Notes: generated by a model not told the origin, from the letters alone. Positions 12,754 through 24,751 are shown, counted from the first letter of the whole stretch. The stretch is 63,989 nucleotides of DNA, filler included, from Lama guanicoe (GCA_013239625.1; 196 parts of 196 records of this genome joined end to end with filler, not necessarily neighbours in it), one strand, 5' to 3'. Translations and numbers: made by a program.

Positions 12754-12979
12754 ATTCTAAGTGAAGTAAGCCAGAAAGAGAAAGAATAATACCATATGAG
12801 ATGCTCATATGTGGAATCCAAAAAAAAAAAAAAGAAGGAAACAAAGAAAGAACAAATAAATACAAATCAGAAACAGACTCACAGATATAGAATACAAACT
12901 TGTGGTTGTCAGGGGGTGGGAAGGGACAGGTTGTGATTTCAAAATGTAGAATAGATAAACAAGATTATACTGTATAGCA
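12754..12979 (+). mobile_element. LINE-1 ORF2 end / 3' UTR fragment
   Basis: ctaagtgaagtaagccagaaagagaaaga...gaaacagactcacaga...aaacttgtggttg...tactgtatagca. Confidence 0.9.
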
Positions 12980-15774
12980 NNNNNNNNNNNNNNNNNNNNN
13001 NNNNNNNNNNNNNNNNNNNNNNNTTAATTAATTAANNNNNNNNNNNNNNNNNNNNNNNNNNNNNNNNNNNNNNNNNNNNGTGCTTTGTAAGCACTAGAAA
13101 CAAAACATTTAAAATAATTATTGTGCAATATAGAAGTGGGCTTAGAAAGTCCAACCGTTGCTAATGATGTTAGTTGTTTTTTTCTAGTGGTGCTTATTGA
13201 CTGAAAAATTTACAAAAACTGAACTAGTTTTATGTAGTATTAGTATGGAAGAAAAGATTGTCAGTGAGTATTGTAAGTACAATCCTTACTCTTTTCTTTC
13301 CTGATGNNNNNNNNNNNNNNNNNNNNNNNNNNNNNNNNNNNNNNNNNNNNTTAATTAATTAANNNNNNNNNNNNNNNNNNNNNNNNNNNNNNNNNNNNNN
13401 NNNNNNCTATTTCTACATAAGATTTATAAGTATAAACATAAATGTAATTATTTGTAAGATTTTCATATGTTTAATATAATATATAATACTTAAAACACCA
13501 CATACACATGCACACATAGTACACAGTATCTGGAAAGGCATTGATCAGATATCATCTGAGGCTTGCGACATGTATTATATCATATTATATTTATCAAACA
13601 CACATGTGTGTGCATGGGCGTGCATGAGAGCGTNNNNNNNNNNNNNNNNNNNNNNNNNNNNNNNNNNNNNNNNNNNNTTAATTAATTAANNNNNNNNNNN
13701 NNNNNNNNNNNNNNNNNNNNNNNNNNNNNNNNNCCCTACAGCAGGCTCTTCCCGCGGGTGCTTTAGGCACTGCATCTCATTTGAGTCTCTGAGCAGCCCG
13801 AGTGCTAGCGACCAGTTAGTTCCACCTGTCCACTCGCAGGCTGCCCAGGGTCTGTCCAGTCCCGTTGGCAGACATGGCAACTGCAGGCGAGGCTTTGGAG
13901 CTCCTCGTGTGAGCGCCTGTGACTAAGCCGGACTGACGCCAGTTTTCAGATCCGCTCGACNNNNNNNNNNNNNNNNNNNNNNNNNNNNNNNNNNNNNNNN
14001 NNNNTTAATTAATTAANNNNNNNNNNNNNNNNNNNNNNNNNNNNNNNNNNNNNNNNNNNNCCAAAATGAAAGAAATTTGAGATTATATAAAGAAAAATAG
14101 ATCAACAAAATATAGGATATTATTTTCATTAAATTATATATGGACCAAACACCGTAGATCCTATGTATAAAAAGAAATTTTGGTAGACATGAAAGAATTA
14201 ATTCATCATAAAACAATAATAGTAGATGAGATTAAGAACTTATTATAATGATGGCCAGATCATCCAGAAAGAATATCTGTAAGAAAANNNNNNNNNNNNN
14301 NNNNNNNNNNNNNNNNNNNNNNNNNNNNNNNTTAATTAATTAANNNNNNNNNNNNNNNNNNNNNNNNNNNNNNNNNNNNNNNNNNNNGACTTGGGTTGGA
14401 AGCAACTATACCGAGTTCCCTCCAATCTTTTGTCATCCCAACATCCTTGGGATTGAAACCAGAAAGAATATTTTCGATTCACTAAGGAAGAAACCAAATG
14501 GCCACTTTCGAGGAGACGATGCATCGTTTTACCTTGGTGACTTCCTAACCAGAAGGTGCAGTTCGGAATGCTCACCCTAACACCATTCCCCTCGCATTCT
14601 AAGTAGTTGAATCTNNNNNNNNNNNNNNNNNNNNNNNNNNNNNNNNNNNNNNNNNNNNTTAATTAATTAANNNNNNNNNNNNNNNNNNNNNNNNNNNNNN
14701 NNNNNNNNNNNNNNCATTTAGAACAGTTCTAGGATCAGAAACAGCCTTCTAAAAATATCCAGACACTTATACAGAGAATAGAAAGGGAATTTGAAATACT
14801 CGCTGGGCAGAAAAGAATCAGTTCCAAGCTGGCTGGATGCTAGAGTTTCAAGTCCAGCCCTTCGCTCCGCTTTGATGTTCGGAACAGTTGGCCTTCTCTT
14901 GGCGTTCCTGATGGCTGCCTCTTGTTCCATTTTACAGGGAANNNNNNNNNNNNNNNNNNNNNNNNNNNNNNNNNNNNNNNNNNNNTTAATTAATTAANNN
15001 NNNNNNNNNNNNNNNNNNNNNNNNNNNNNNNNNNNNNNNNNTGCAGGTTACAATTCTTATAGGATTTGGTCGAGACCACATTAAGCACCCTACTTTATGC
15101 ACACCAGCCACTTGCCACACTGTATTCTAACTTTCCGTTTATTTATCTCCATCCCTCACTCTCATGTAAGATTCTTAAAGAGAGGGACTGCGCACCACAC
15201 ATTTGTAAACACCTTGGGACTGGCCAAGGTTCAGCTTAATAACTGGTAAACAGGTATTTGCTGAATGCNNNNNNNNNNNNNNNNNNNNNNNNNNNNNNNN
15301 NNNNNNNNNNNNTTAATTAATTAANNNNNNNNNNNNNNNNNNNNNNNNNNNNNNNNNNNNNNNNNNNNTGACATTATTTCTTCCTTAAATGTTTGGTAGA
15401 CTTCATCAGTGAAGCCACTGGATCTGGAAGATGTATATTTCTTTAATGATTATAGGACTATTTAGATTTTACATTTCTTTTGGTATAAATTTTGGTAATT
15501 GTATGTTTGAAAGAAATATATCCATGTCATCTGAATTTTTAAATATTGTTCATAGTATTTTCTCATTATTTTCCATATCTATAGGATTCTTAATTNNNNN
15601 NNNNNNNNNNNNNNNNNNNNNNNNNNNNNNNNNNNNNNNTTAATTAATTAANNNNNNNNNNNNNNNNNNNNNNNNNNNNNNNNNNNNNNNNNNNNAGCAG
15701 CTACTCTGGTCTCAGCCACCACTACCTCTCACTTTGATTTTTATGGGAGCTTCATGCCTTTTCCTGGTTCCCCC

Positions 15775-15922
15775 ATTATTTATTGCTGCATGACAATCCA
15801 TCCCAGCTCAGAGTGGCATTAAACAAGCACCACTTTGTTATGCTCATGGGTTCTGTTGGGCAGGAATTCAGAGCAGACCATGGGGCTGCTCTTCCCTATT
15901 CCATGGTATCTGGGGCCTCAGT
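15775..15922 (-). mobile_element. MaLR (MLT1-type) LTR fragment
   Basis: tattgctgcatgacaa...agtggcattaaacaa...gctcatgggttctgttgggcaggaattcag...tctggggcctcag. Confidence 0.7.
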
Positions 15923-17657
15923 NNNNNNNNNNNNNNNNNNNNNNNNNNNNNNNNNNNNNNNNNNNNTTAATTAATTAANNNNNNNNNNNNNNNNNNNNNN
16001 NNNNNNNNNNNNNNNNNNNNNNACCTGTGCAGAAAGAAGAAGTCAGAGAAAGGAGAAGGGCTGTCAGGTCATGAGAATTTACTTTTCCTTCTCTACAGTA
16101 ACCAGAGGAAACCTGAATAAAGCCAGGCTTGGCCTCTAAAGAATGTCCACTAATCTCTGTTTCCTATAAGCCCTCAACTCACAGTCCAGCTGCAGCCATG
16201 AGAACATGATTAAAGCTCCGATGGGTGTCTTCATTTTTCTTCCCATTTGNNNNNNNNNNNNNNNNNNNNNNNNNNNNNNNNNNNNNNNNNNNNTTAATTA
16301 ATTAANNNNNNNNNNNNNNNNNNNNNNNNNNNNNNNNNNNNNNNNNNNNAAACCATTTGTATGCTGAAATGGCATAAGGCAAAGAAACAATTACCCTAGG
16401 ATGCATTTTGCTAATGAATGTACAAAATAAATTAGATAAAGCACAGATGTTCACAGACACAGTTCAAAGATGTACTGACTTGATGCTGAGATGCTGAATA
16501 TACTTCCTGGGACAAGAGCATAGTGGAGCCACTCTAGCGGCTCTAGTGCTCACTGCCTATATAATGGCTCACTGCANNNNNNNNNNNNNNNNNNNNNNNN
16601 NNNNNNNNNNNNNNNNNNNNTTAATTAATTAANNNNNNNNNNNNNNNNNNNNNNNNNNNNNNNNNNNNNNNNNNNNTTTCAGCACCACGACTTTTCTGAC
16701 GCCAAGAAGACTCTGACAACGAGGGACAGAGAACTGAATGAGCCAGTCATCATTTCTTAAGGACCCCCCCAAAGGGCCAAAAAGGGGTGAAGCTATCAGT
16801 GAGGGAGCCTCCTTGACGGGGGAGTCATGAGCTCAGTTCTTCACTGGCAGAGTGGAAGAGTGAGCCACGTGCAGGGAACACAAGGGAAACTGGTTGGGTG
16901 GCTNNNNNNNNNNNNNNNNNNNNNNNNNNNNNNNNNNNNNNNNNNNNTTAATTAATTAANNNNNNNNNNNNNNNNNNNNNNNNNNNNNNNNNNNNNNNNN
17001 NNNCCGAGGATTCCTGAAGCTCATGCAGTGGCAGAAGGCACTGCAAGCTCAGCGCCAGAGCTTTCCTTTCTGCTCTCTCCTTCGGTTCCCCACCACAGCG
17101 CTGTGAGGCAGGGCTGTGATCCGCAGTGCTCGACAAGGAAACTGAGGCTGGGGAGGCTTAAGTAACTTGTTCAAAGGGACGATGGGTCCAGAATAAAAGC
17201 TAATCCCTGCTATTTCATTCTCTTCAAGGANNNNNNNNNNNNNNNNNNNNNNNNNNNNNNNNNNNNNNNNNNNNTTAATTAATTAANNNNNNNNNNNNNN
17301 NNNNNNNNNNNNNNNNNNNNNNNNNNNNNNAAACAAAAAATCACTTACTGCAATCTAATTTAAAACTTCAGTTTTTTTGAACCTGAAATCCTTCCTCCTC
17401 CTGCTTTAATCCTTGTTCTAGTTAGTACACTTCAGAGAAAATCCCAGAAATCATCTCCTTTTACCTGTAAATATGTCAGTATGTATCCTGTATAGATAAG
17501 AATTTTACTTTTAACATAATGACCTTTCAGTTACCTAACACTGCCTGACAAAGTAAANNNNNNNNNNNNNNNNNNNNNNNNNNNNNNNNNNNNNNNNNNN
17601 NTTAATTAATTAANNNNNNNNNNNNNNNNNNNNNNNNNNNNNNNNNNNNNNNNNNNN

Positions 17658-17884
17658 AAAAAGGAACATTCCACAATTATCTGAAAAGGTTATTAAAAAT
17701 ACTACTGCTACATATGTGTGAGACTCTTTATAGACTTCAATCAAAATAAAGGATTAAACACAGAAGCAAACTTGAAAATCCAGTGGTCTTCTAATGAGAC
17801 AGACGAGAAAGAGACCTGCAAAAATGCAAAAATGTAAAAAGCTCCACCTTCTCACTACCATGCTTATTTTGGGAAATAGTCATT
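17658..17884 (+). mobile_element. Charlie1-like hAT transposase C-terminal relic
   Basis: ccacaattatctgaaaagg.tattaaaa...ctacatatgtgtgag...cagaagca...aatccag.ggtcttcta...tgcaaaaatg resembles the hAT dimerisation-domain coding region. Confidence 0.7.
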
Positions 17885-17990
17885 NNNNNNNNNNNNNNNN
17901 NNNNNNNNNNNNNNNNNNNNNNNNNNNNTTAATTAATTAANNNNNNNNNNNNNNNNNNNNNNNNNNNNNNNNNNNNNNNNNNNNTTCTTG

Positions 17991-18068
17991 GAGGAGGGAC
18001 TGGGGATTGAACCCAGGATCTCGTGCATGCTAAACACGCGCTCTACCATTTGAGTTACATCCTCCCCC
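17991..18068 (-). mobile_element. tRNA-Ala-derived camelid-type (Vic-1-like) SINE
   Basis: ctggggattgaacccagga.ctcgtgcatgctaa.cacgcgctctacca..tgag.tacatcctcccc, with Pol III A and B boxes on the minus strand. Confidence 0.85.
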
Positions 18069-18311
18069 TGCCTGATAACTTTTAAATAATCATCTCATTT
18101 TTCTCCAGAAGATTTCTAACTTTAAAGTATTACAGAATACGTAATATGTGTGTAATATAAACTTTTATTTGAGAACTGGTCTGGAAAGTTGAATAGAAAA
18201 CCATGAAGTCANNNNNNNNNNNNNNNNNNNNNNNNNNNNNNNNNNNNNNNNNNNNTTAATTAATTAANNNNNNNNNNNNNNNNNNNNNNNNNNNNNNNNN
18301 NNNNNNNNNNN

Positions 18312-18538
18312 TCTTCTTCAGATATTTGAAGAGGACATAAAGACTTTCCCAGAGAAACAAAAGGTGAAGAAGTTCATTCTACACCTGCCTTACAAGAGGT
18401 GTTGAGAATCGCTTTTCTACTAAAGTCAAAAAGAAAAAAATTTACAAAACTTTGAGCAGAGTGATAGAGAGAACCAGAAAATCATCACACTTTATTAGAA
18501 TAGATTATTACACACTTTATTATAACATGAAGATTAAA
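18312..18538 (+). mobile_element. LINE-1 ORF1 C-terminal / inter-ORF fragment
   Basis: ttcagatattt...ataaagactttcccaga.aaacaaaag.tgaa..agttcat...cctgccttacaaga. Confidence 0.75.
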
Positions 18539-18727
18539 NNNNNNNNNNNNNNNNNNNNNNNNNNNNNNNNNNNNNNNNNNNNTTAATTAATTAANNNNNN
18601 NNNNNNNNNNNNNNNNNNNNNNNNNNNNNNNNNNNNNNGCCAGGGCGCGGCCTGGACGGGGGTGGGGGGAGGCTTATGGAACAGCTGGGCGGGGCCGTGG
18701 AGGGTGGGGCCGGGCGGAGGTCCTCAC

Positions 18728-18750
18728 CTGCAGGTGGCGCCGGCCGGAAG
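18728..18750 (-). CDS. Candidate 23-nt micro-exon, with an upstream exon end at 18852-18865
   Basis: Two minus-strand CAG|gtgagg donors and a ccccag acceptor define a 101-bp GC-rich intron (18751-18851). Confidence 0.35.
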
Positions 18751-19292
18751 CTGGGGCGGTACTACCACCAGTGGGCGGGGCAGAGGGGCAGCTAGGCAGG
18801 GGGGCAGCTGGGCAGAGGGGCAGCGGGGCAGCGGGGCGGGGGCACCCTCACCTGTCTGTGTGTGGNNNNNNNNNNNNNNNNNNNNNNNNNNNNNNNNNNN
18901 NNNNNNNNNTTAATTAATTAANNNNNNNNNNNNNNNNNNNNNNNNNNNNNNNNNNNNNNNNNNNNCTTTGGTTCAAAGTTCAAAGGAAAATGGCTTGAGG
19001 GAGAGCATAGGACACCCTGGGCCCCCTGCCGTCAGCCCTTGGGCTCAGACGGCGTTGGGTCCACTTGACAGGGTGGCCCCTGTTGGCACCATTGTCCTTC
19101 CCTGGACGGTGTTTGTACTTATCTTAACATGGCTTCAAACTGCTTTGGGTATTAATGAAAGTTTGTATGTAAGATCCAGTGAAATTAAGTGGNNNNNNNN
19201 NNNNNNNNNNNNNNNNNNNNNNNNNNNNNNNNNNNNTTAATTAATTAANNNNNNNNNNNNNNNNNNNNNNNNNNNNNNNNNNNNNNNNNNNN

Positions 19293-19517
19293 TTTACGTT
19301 CAGAATTTGGTAATCTCCTCCATGCTTTTAATGCTGCCGCATTTATTTGAGGATAAGCTCCAGGCAAATATCCTAGCTGAGAATTGGTATCATGATATTG
19401 CCCTTCTCCAGTTAATTGTTCTAAGGTGATCTGAATACCTTGCCGTTGATTAATATTAGCTGTGGCCGCGCAATTTTCATAAAATTCTGATTTCCAAAGT
19501 AGAAAATTACCTCCAGA
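19293..19517 (-). mobile_element. gag: Endogenous betaretrovirus gag, capsid region; frame open across the whole contig
   Basis: 75 stop-free codons: SGGNFLLWKSEFYENCAATANINQRQGIQITLEQLTGEGQYHDTNSQLGYLPGAYPQINAAALKAWRRLPNSERK. Collinear with recalled JSRV/MPMV capsid motifs SGGDxLLWKSEF...LxGxG...AWxxLP. Confidence 0.92.
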
Positions 19518-19946
19518 CANNNNNNNNNNNNNNNNNNNNNNNNNNNNNNNNNNNNNNNNNNNNTTAATTAATTAANNNNNNNNNNNNNNNNNNNNNNNNN
19601 NNNNNNNNNNNNNNNNNNNAAGTGGGTGGGGTAGATAGAGGTGAGGGTGTTGGGGTTATAATACAGTACATCTGTTCTGGCAGGTTAGATTTGAAGCTGA
19701 TGGAGAACACACAGGTAGATCTGTCCAGGCAGCAGTTAAAACACTGGCTTGTATTCAGAAAGAATTTGCTCTCATAAATGATAAATTTGGGAACTGCGTA
19801 TTTGTTCCTAAGGCTTTATTCAATGTTAAACTGCCATTCTATAATCNNNNNNNNNNNNNNNNNNNNNNNNNNNNNNNNNNNNNNNNNNNNTTAATTAATT
19901 AANNNNNNNNNNNNNNNNNNNNNNNNNNNNNNNNNNNNNNNNNNNN

Positions 19947-20118
19947 TATCTTTCCATTTCTTTAAATCATCTTTAATTTCCTTAGTCAATGTTTTGTAGT
20001 TCTTCAAGTATAAATCTTTCACTTCCTTGGTCAGATTTATTCCTAAGTACTTTATTTATTTATTTTTTTGGATGCAATTTTAAAAGGGATTGTTTCTTTG
20101 CTTTCCTTTTTGACTATC
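19947..20118 (-). mobile_element. LINE-1 ORF2 fragment
   Basis: tatctttccatttcttt...gttttgtagtt...tctttcacttccttggtcagatttattcctaagta. Confidence 0.85.
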
Positions 20119-20600
20119 TCTTAGGCTGTATAAAATATACAGGAGATGAACCATAAAACAGGCAGATAAAGTTNNNNNNNNNNNNNNNNNNNNNNNNNNN
20201 NNNNNNNNNNNNNNNNNTTAATTAATTAANNNNNNNNNNNNNNNNNNNNNNNNNNNNNNNNNNNNNNNNNNNNCAGGGGACGTAAAAGCTGGTGGCGGAC
20301 ATTCCAGGAGTGTTCATCTACACGAGCTTTCCTGGAGGCTGACATCTTGATGGGATCATTAGCACCAAGACCCAGCCCCACCCATCAGCAGACTTCCTAA
20401 GCCACAAAGGCCTCTCTCTAGACACAGCCCTACTCGCCAGAGGTCCAGGACCAGGCTGCACCCAGCAGTGGGCAGGCACTGGCTCCTCCTCCAGGAAGCC
20501 NNNNNNNNNNNNNNNNNNNNNNNNNNNNNNNNNNNNNNNNNNNNTTAATTAATTAANNNNNNNNNNNNNNNNNNNNNNNNNNNNNNNNNNNNNNNNNNNN

Positions 20601-20827
20601 TCCAGTGATTGTTAGAAATAATGAACAAACTTAGTAAACTTGCAGAATAGAAAATCATTATACAAATATCCGCTACATTTTTACATAGTAACAACACATT
20701 ATCAGAAAGAGAAATTTGGAAAACAATTGTGTGTATATTTATACCAAAAAGATTAAAATATGAGTACATTTGAAAAATGAAATAAAAGATCTATACAGAG
20801 AGCTATACATTTCAGATGCAAGAAATA
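20601..20827 (+). mobile_element. Old LINE-1 ORF2 fragment
   Basis: gttagaaataatgaacaaacttagtaaa.ttgcagaata.aaaatca.tataca...atcagaaagagaaat. Confidence 0.75.
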
Positions 20828-21908
20828 NNNNNNNNNNNNNNNNNNNNNNNNNNNNNNNNNNNNNNNNNNNNTTAATTAATTAANNNNNNNNNNNNNNNNN
20901 NNNNNNNNNNNNNNNNNNNNNNNNNNNACCAGTCACTGCTCTGCCCGACTCGGATGGGGGCCTCTGCTGGAGGATGTTACCAGTGAAGTCACGTGCGTCT
21001 GTCTCCAGTGGTGGACACCGTGGCCAAGGGGTGTGATGGGAAAGCTAGGTCTCAGCTTGAGCCTCCGTAGCTGGGTGGTCTCGAACAGGTCCCTCCACCA
21101 CTGTGAGCCTAAGGGTCCTCAGCAGGACACGGGGGTAACAAGCCCCCACCCCCCNNNNNNNNNNNNNNNNNNNNNNNNNNNNNNNNNNNNNNNNNNNNTT
21201 AATTAATTAANNNNNNNNNNNNNNNNNNNNNNNNNNNNNNNNNNNNNNNNNNNNTCTTTATCTGAAAATATGCTCTGGGAAAATTGAAATAAAATACTGA
21301 AAGGAACTAGTTCAAAGAGAGAGACTGGTAATGTATTGGCTGACTTTACTGCAGCCTAAGTCCTTTTTAAGCTTGCAGTCAGGAGCTGCAGGAAAAGCGG
21401 GAAAAAAATAGATGGCTTGCGTCACGGTGAACTGTCATTAGCTAAAGTTTTAAAATCAAGGAATGCATTCCTTTGACCATGNNNNNNNNNNNNNNNNNNN
21501 NNNNNNNNNNNNNNNNNNNNNNNNNTTAATTAATTAANNNNNNNNNNNNNNNNNNNNNNNNNNNNNNNNNNNNNNNNNNNNCAATACTATGTTTTAATTA
21601 CGTGTCAATTAAAAAAAGAAGAATAGAATGATTTGGTATATTTTAAAATGGTTCCTTCCCCCTCGGCCTGCTGGAAGCACAGGGTTTTTTTCTCTGATAC
21701 TCATTGTGGGGACCTGGTAGACTCCCTGGATATAAAACTCAGGAAAGTGTGAGGCCCTTCTATGATTAGGTTCCCCTTGGAGTTTTCTCTCTCAGACTTG
21801 TCCACACANNNNNNNNNNNNNNNNNNNNNNNNNNNNNNNNNNNNNNNNNNNNTTAATTAATTAANNNNNNNNNNNNNNNNNNNNNNNNNNNNNNNNNNNN
21901 NNNNNNNN

Positions 21909-22135
21909 GTCACAGCAACTTGATGAAGCTTCTTTGTCAAAAACATGGTAATCAGATCTTTCACCGTGACTTTTTAAGTCTTTTGTCACTCATAGATAAT
22001 TAAGCTGATGTTTTGCAAAACTGCTTCATCTTTAAGAAGATTCATAGGAAGGACTTTCTGACAGTACAGGTTTCTTTTAAATCATACTGCTGAGCTGGGT
22101 AAGAGATTTAAAAAGTCTAATGAAAACTCTGATTT
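21909..22135 (+). mobile_element. ERV1-class internal non-coding region (MER4-group-like)
   Basis: aaggactttctgacagtacaggtttct...atcatac...ctgggtaaga.attt...ctaatgaa resembles non-autonomous ERV1 internal sequence. Confidence 0.5.
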
Positions 22136-22235
22136 NNNNNNNNNNNNNNNNNNNNNNNNNNNNNNNNNNNNNNNNNNNNTTAATTAATTAANNNNNNNNN
22201 NNNNNNNNNNNNNNNNNNNNNNNNNNNNNNNNNNN

Positions 22236-22462
22236 AATAAACTTAACCAAGGAGGTTACCTATACTCTAAAAACTGTAAAACATCGATGAAGGAAATTGA
22301 AGATACAAAGAAATAGAAGGATATCTTGTGCTCTTGGACTGGAAGAATCAACATTATCAAAATGGTTGTATTACCCAAAGCAATCTGCAGGACCAATGTA
22401 ACTCCTGTCAAAATACTCACGACATTTTTCACAGAACTAGGACAAACAATTCCAAAATTTAT
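22236..22462 (+). mobile_element. LINE-1 ORF2 fragment
   Basis: Translation [21 protein letters not shown]...[10 protein letters not shown]. Confidence 0.95.
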
Positions 22463-22889
22463 NNNNNNNNNNNNNNNNNNNNNNNNNNNNNNNNNNNNNN
22501 NNNNNNTTAATTAATTAANNNNNNNNNNNNNNNNNNNNNNNNNNNNNNNNNNNNNNNNNNNNAGGAGTTCGGGGAACACCTTTCAACATGTTAGTCAACT
22601 TGAGACGGGGGGCCCACCTGGCCTGATTCAAAGGGCTGTGCAGACCAAAGAGGCAGGTCTCTTTGTTCTGAAAACAGACCAGCTCCGTGTGGGAACCAGG
22701 TTCACTCCTACTGATGAGGGAAAAGCGGGGAGACCCAGGTTCCACTGAGACGAGGGGTCCCTGGTGTAGGGAGGTGGGGGCGCTAGGATNNNNNNNNNNN
22801 NNNNNNNNNNNNNNNNNNNNNNNNNNNNNNNNNTTAATTAATTAANNNNNNNNNNNNNNNNNNNNNNNNNNNNNNNNNNNNNNNNNNNN

Positions 22890-23116
22890 AGAAGGAACCA
22901 AGAATAGACTAAATGAGGCACAAGAACAGATCAATGAGCCACAAGACAGATGAGTGGAAATCACTACTGCAGAACAGAAAACAGCATGAAAAGAATTAAG
23001 GATAGTTTAAGAGAACTCTAGGACAACAGGAAGCACACCAATATTCCCTTTACAGGGTCCCCGAAAGAGAAGAGAGAGAGAGAAGGGACCTGAGAAAATT
23101 TTTGGAGAGATGACAA
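22890..23116 (+). mobile_element. LINE-1 ORF1 fragment
   Basis: aatagactaaatgaggca.aagaacagatca.tgagc...gatagtttaagagaactct.ggacaaca...gggtccccgaaagaagagag. Confidence 0.85.
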
Positions 23117-23701
23117 NNNNNNNNNNNNNNNNNNNNNNNNNNNNNNNNNNNNNNNNNNNNTTAATTAATTAANNNNNNNNNNNNNNNNNNNNNNNNNNNN
23201 NNNNNNNNNNNNNNNNCTGGTAAGGTACCATGTAAGGTAACATGAATATAATGGCGAGCAAAAGACGACCGTCCCTAGCTTCAGAGAGCTTATAGTCAAG
23301 TGAGAGAGGTACAATAATGTAAATAAATGCATAATAACAAACTGTTAAACGCTATGAAGGAAAAACAAGGTACTATAAAAGCATAAGTCAGGAATCCAAG
23401 CCTAATCTGGGTGTTTGCCAAAGCATTTCTGAGGAAGGACAATNNNNNNNNNNNNNNNNNNNNNNNNNNNNNNNNNNNNNNNNNNNNTTAATTAATTAAN
23501 NNNNNNNNNNNNNNNNNNNNNNNNNNNNNNNNNNNNNNNNNNNGCCATGTGCTCAGGCCACATCCGAAACCCAGTGGGGGCCGCCATTCCTTACTCCATT
23601 CTCCTAGTGTGTCTGGAGCGTTGAAATTGGAGCCCTGCTGTGCCCCACCGCCAGCTAAGGCTGAGCCCAGACACCCTGTCATCCATCTCAATCCTGGGTT
23701 G

Positions 23702-23770
23702 TGTTACAGGTTGGAGTCCCCACTTCCAGGACCTCAGAAAGTGACCGTATTTGGAAATGGGGTCCTTGCA
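23702..23770 (+). mobile_element. MaLR (MLT1-type) LTR 5' fragment
   Basis: tgttacaggttg...acctcagaaagtgaccgtatttggaaatggggtccttgca. Confidence 0.65.
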
Positions 23771-23870
23771 NNNNNNNNNNNNNNNNNNNNNNNNNNNNNN
23801 NNNNNNNNNNNNNNTTAATTAATTAANNNNNNNNNNNNNNNNNNNNNNNNNNNNNNNNNNNNNNNNNNNN

Positions 23871-23945
23871 TGTCGTCTTTGGAAAAATGTCTCTTCAGTC
23901 CTCTGCCCATTTTTTAATGGGGCTTTTCAAAAAAATTGTATGAGT
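23871..23945 (-). mobile_element. LINE-1 ORF2 fragment interrupted by a SINE
   Basis: gtcttctttggaaaaatgtct-like motif, then tctgcccattttttaatggg. Confidence 0.7.
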
Positions 23946-24097
23946 TTATTTTATTTTATTTTTAAAATATTTTATTTATTTATTATTGTATTATTTAATT
24001 ATTTTTATTTTAGTAGGGGGAGGGAGGTAATTAGGTTCATTTAGTTTTTTAGAAGAGGCACTGGGGATTGAACCCAGGACCTCATACATGCTAAGCA
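23946..24097 (-). mobile_element. Vic-1-like SINE with AT-rich tail
   Basis: gggaggtaattaggtt...gaggcactggggattgaacccaggacctcatacatgctaagca. Confidence 0.85.
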
Positions 24098-24524
24098 NNN
24101 NNNNNNNNNNNNNNNNNNNNNNNNNNNNNNNNNNNNNNNNNTTAATTAATTAANNNNNNNNNNNNNNNNNNNNNNNNNNNNNNNNNNNNNNNNNNNNGGC
24201 GTCTTCAGCGTCTTTTCTAGGTACTCGGCCGGGATCGGGTTGTTGCGCTGAAGGCTGGTGACAGGCAGCCAGACTTTAAAGCCATCGTGAACCTTTGAAG
24301 CAGTTTTTGGATGGACAGGGGAACTGTTAAGTGAGAGCTGCGAATTGCTGCCCTTCTAAGGTCGCACTATTAGGCGGGGGGTCTCCTCTGCACGCGCACT
24401 TCAGGAAGCCCGAGCTGGCAGGGCNNNNNNNNNNNNNNNNNNNNNNNNNNNNNNNNNNNNNNNNNNNNTTAATTAATTAANNNNNNNNNNNNNNNNNNNN
24501 NNNNNNNNNNNNNNNNNNNNNNNN

Positions 24525-24751
24525 GACAAAAAGGTTAAAAGTAAAAGGATGGAGGGGGAGGATATCACTCAGTGGTGGGTATCATTCAGAGTGCATGAAG
24601 GACATGCTGGGTTCAATCCCCAGTATCTCCATTAAAAAAAAAAGAGAAAGAAATTTTTTAGAAATGCCTTTAAAAAAAAAGTAAAAGGACAGAACAATAT
24701 ACACAATGCTAACATTACTCAAGAAATCTGGGGTGGCTACATTAATATCAG
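24525..24751 (+). mobile_element. LINE-1 ORF2 endonuclease-domain relic hosting a SINE
   Basis: With the SINE removed: aggttaaaagtaaaaggatgga...atgctaaca...caagaaa.ctggggtggctacattaatatcag, i.e. RLKVKGW...AN...GVA.LIS. Confidence 0.75.
24554..24676 (+). mobile_element. Vic-1-like SINE with 17-bp target-site duplication
   Basis: ggggaggatatcactcagtggt...ctgggttcaatccccagtatctcca plus A-tail; flanking repeats at 24537-24553 and 24677-24693. Confidence 0.85.
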
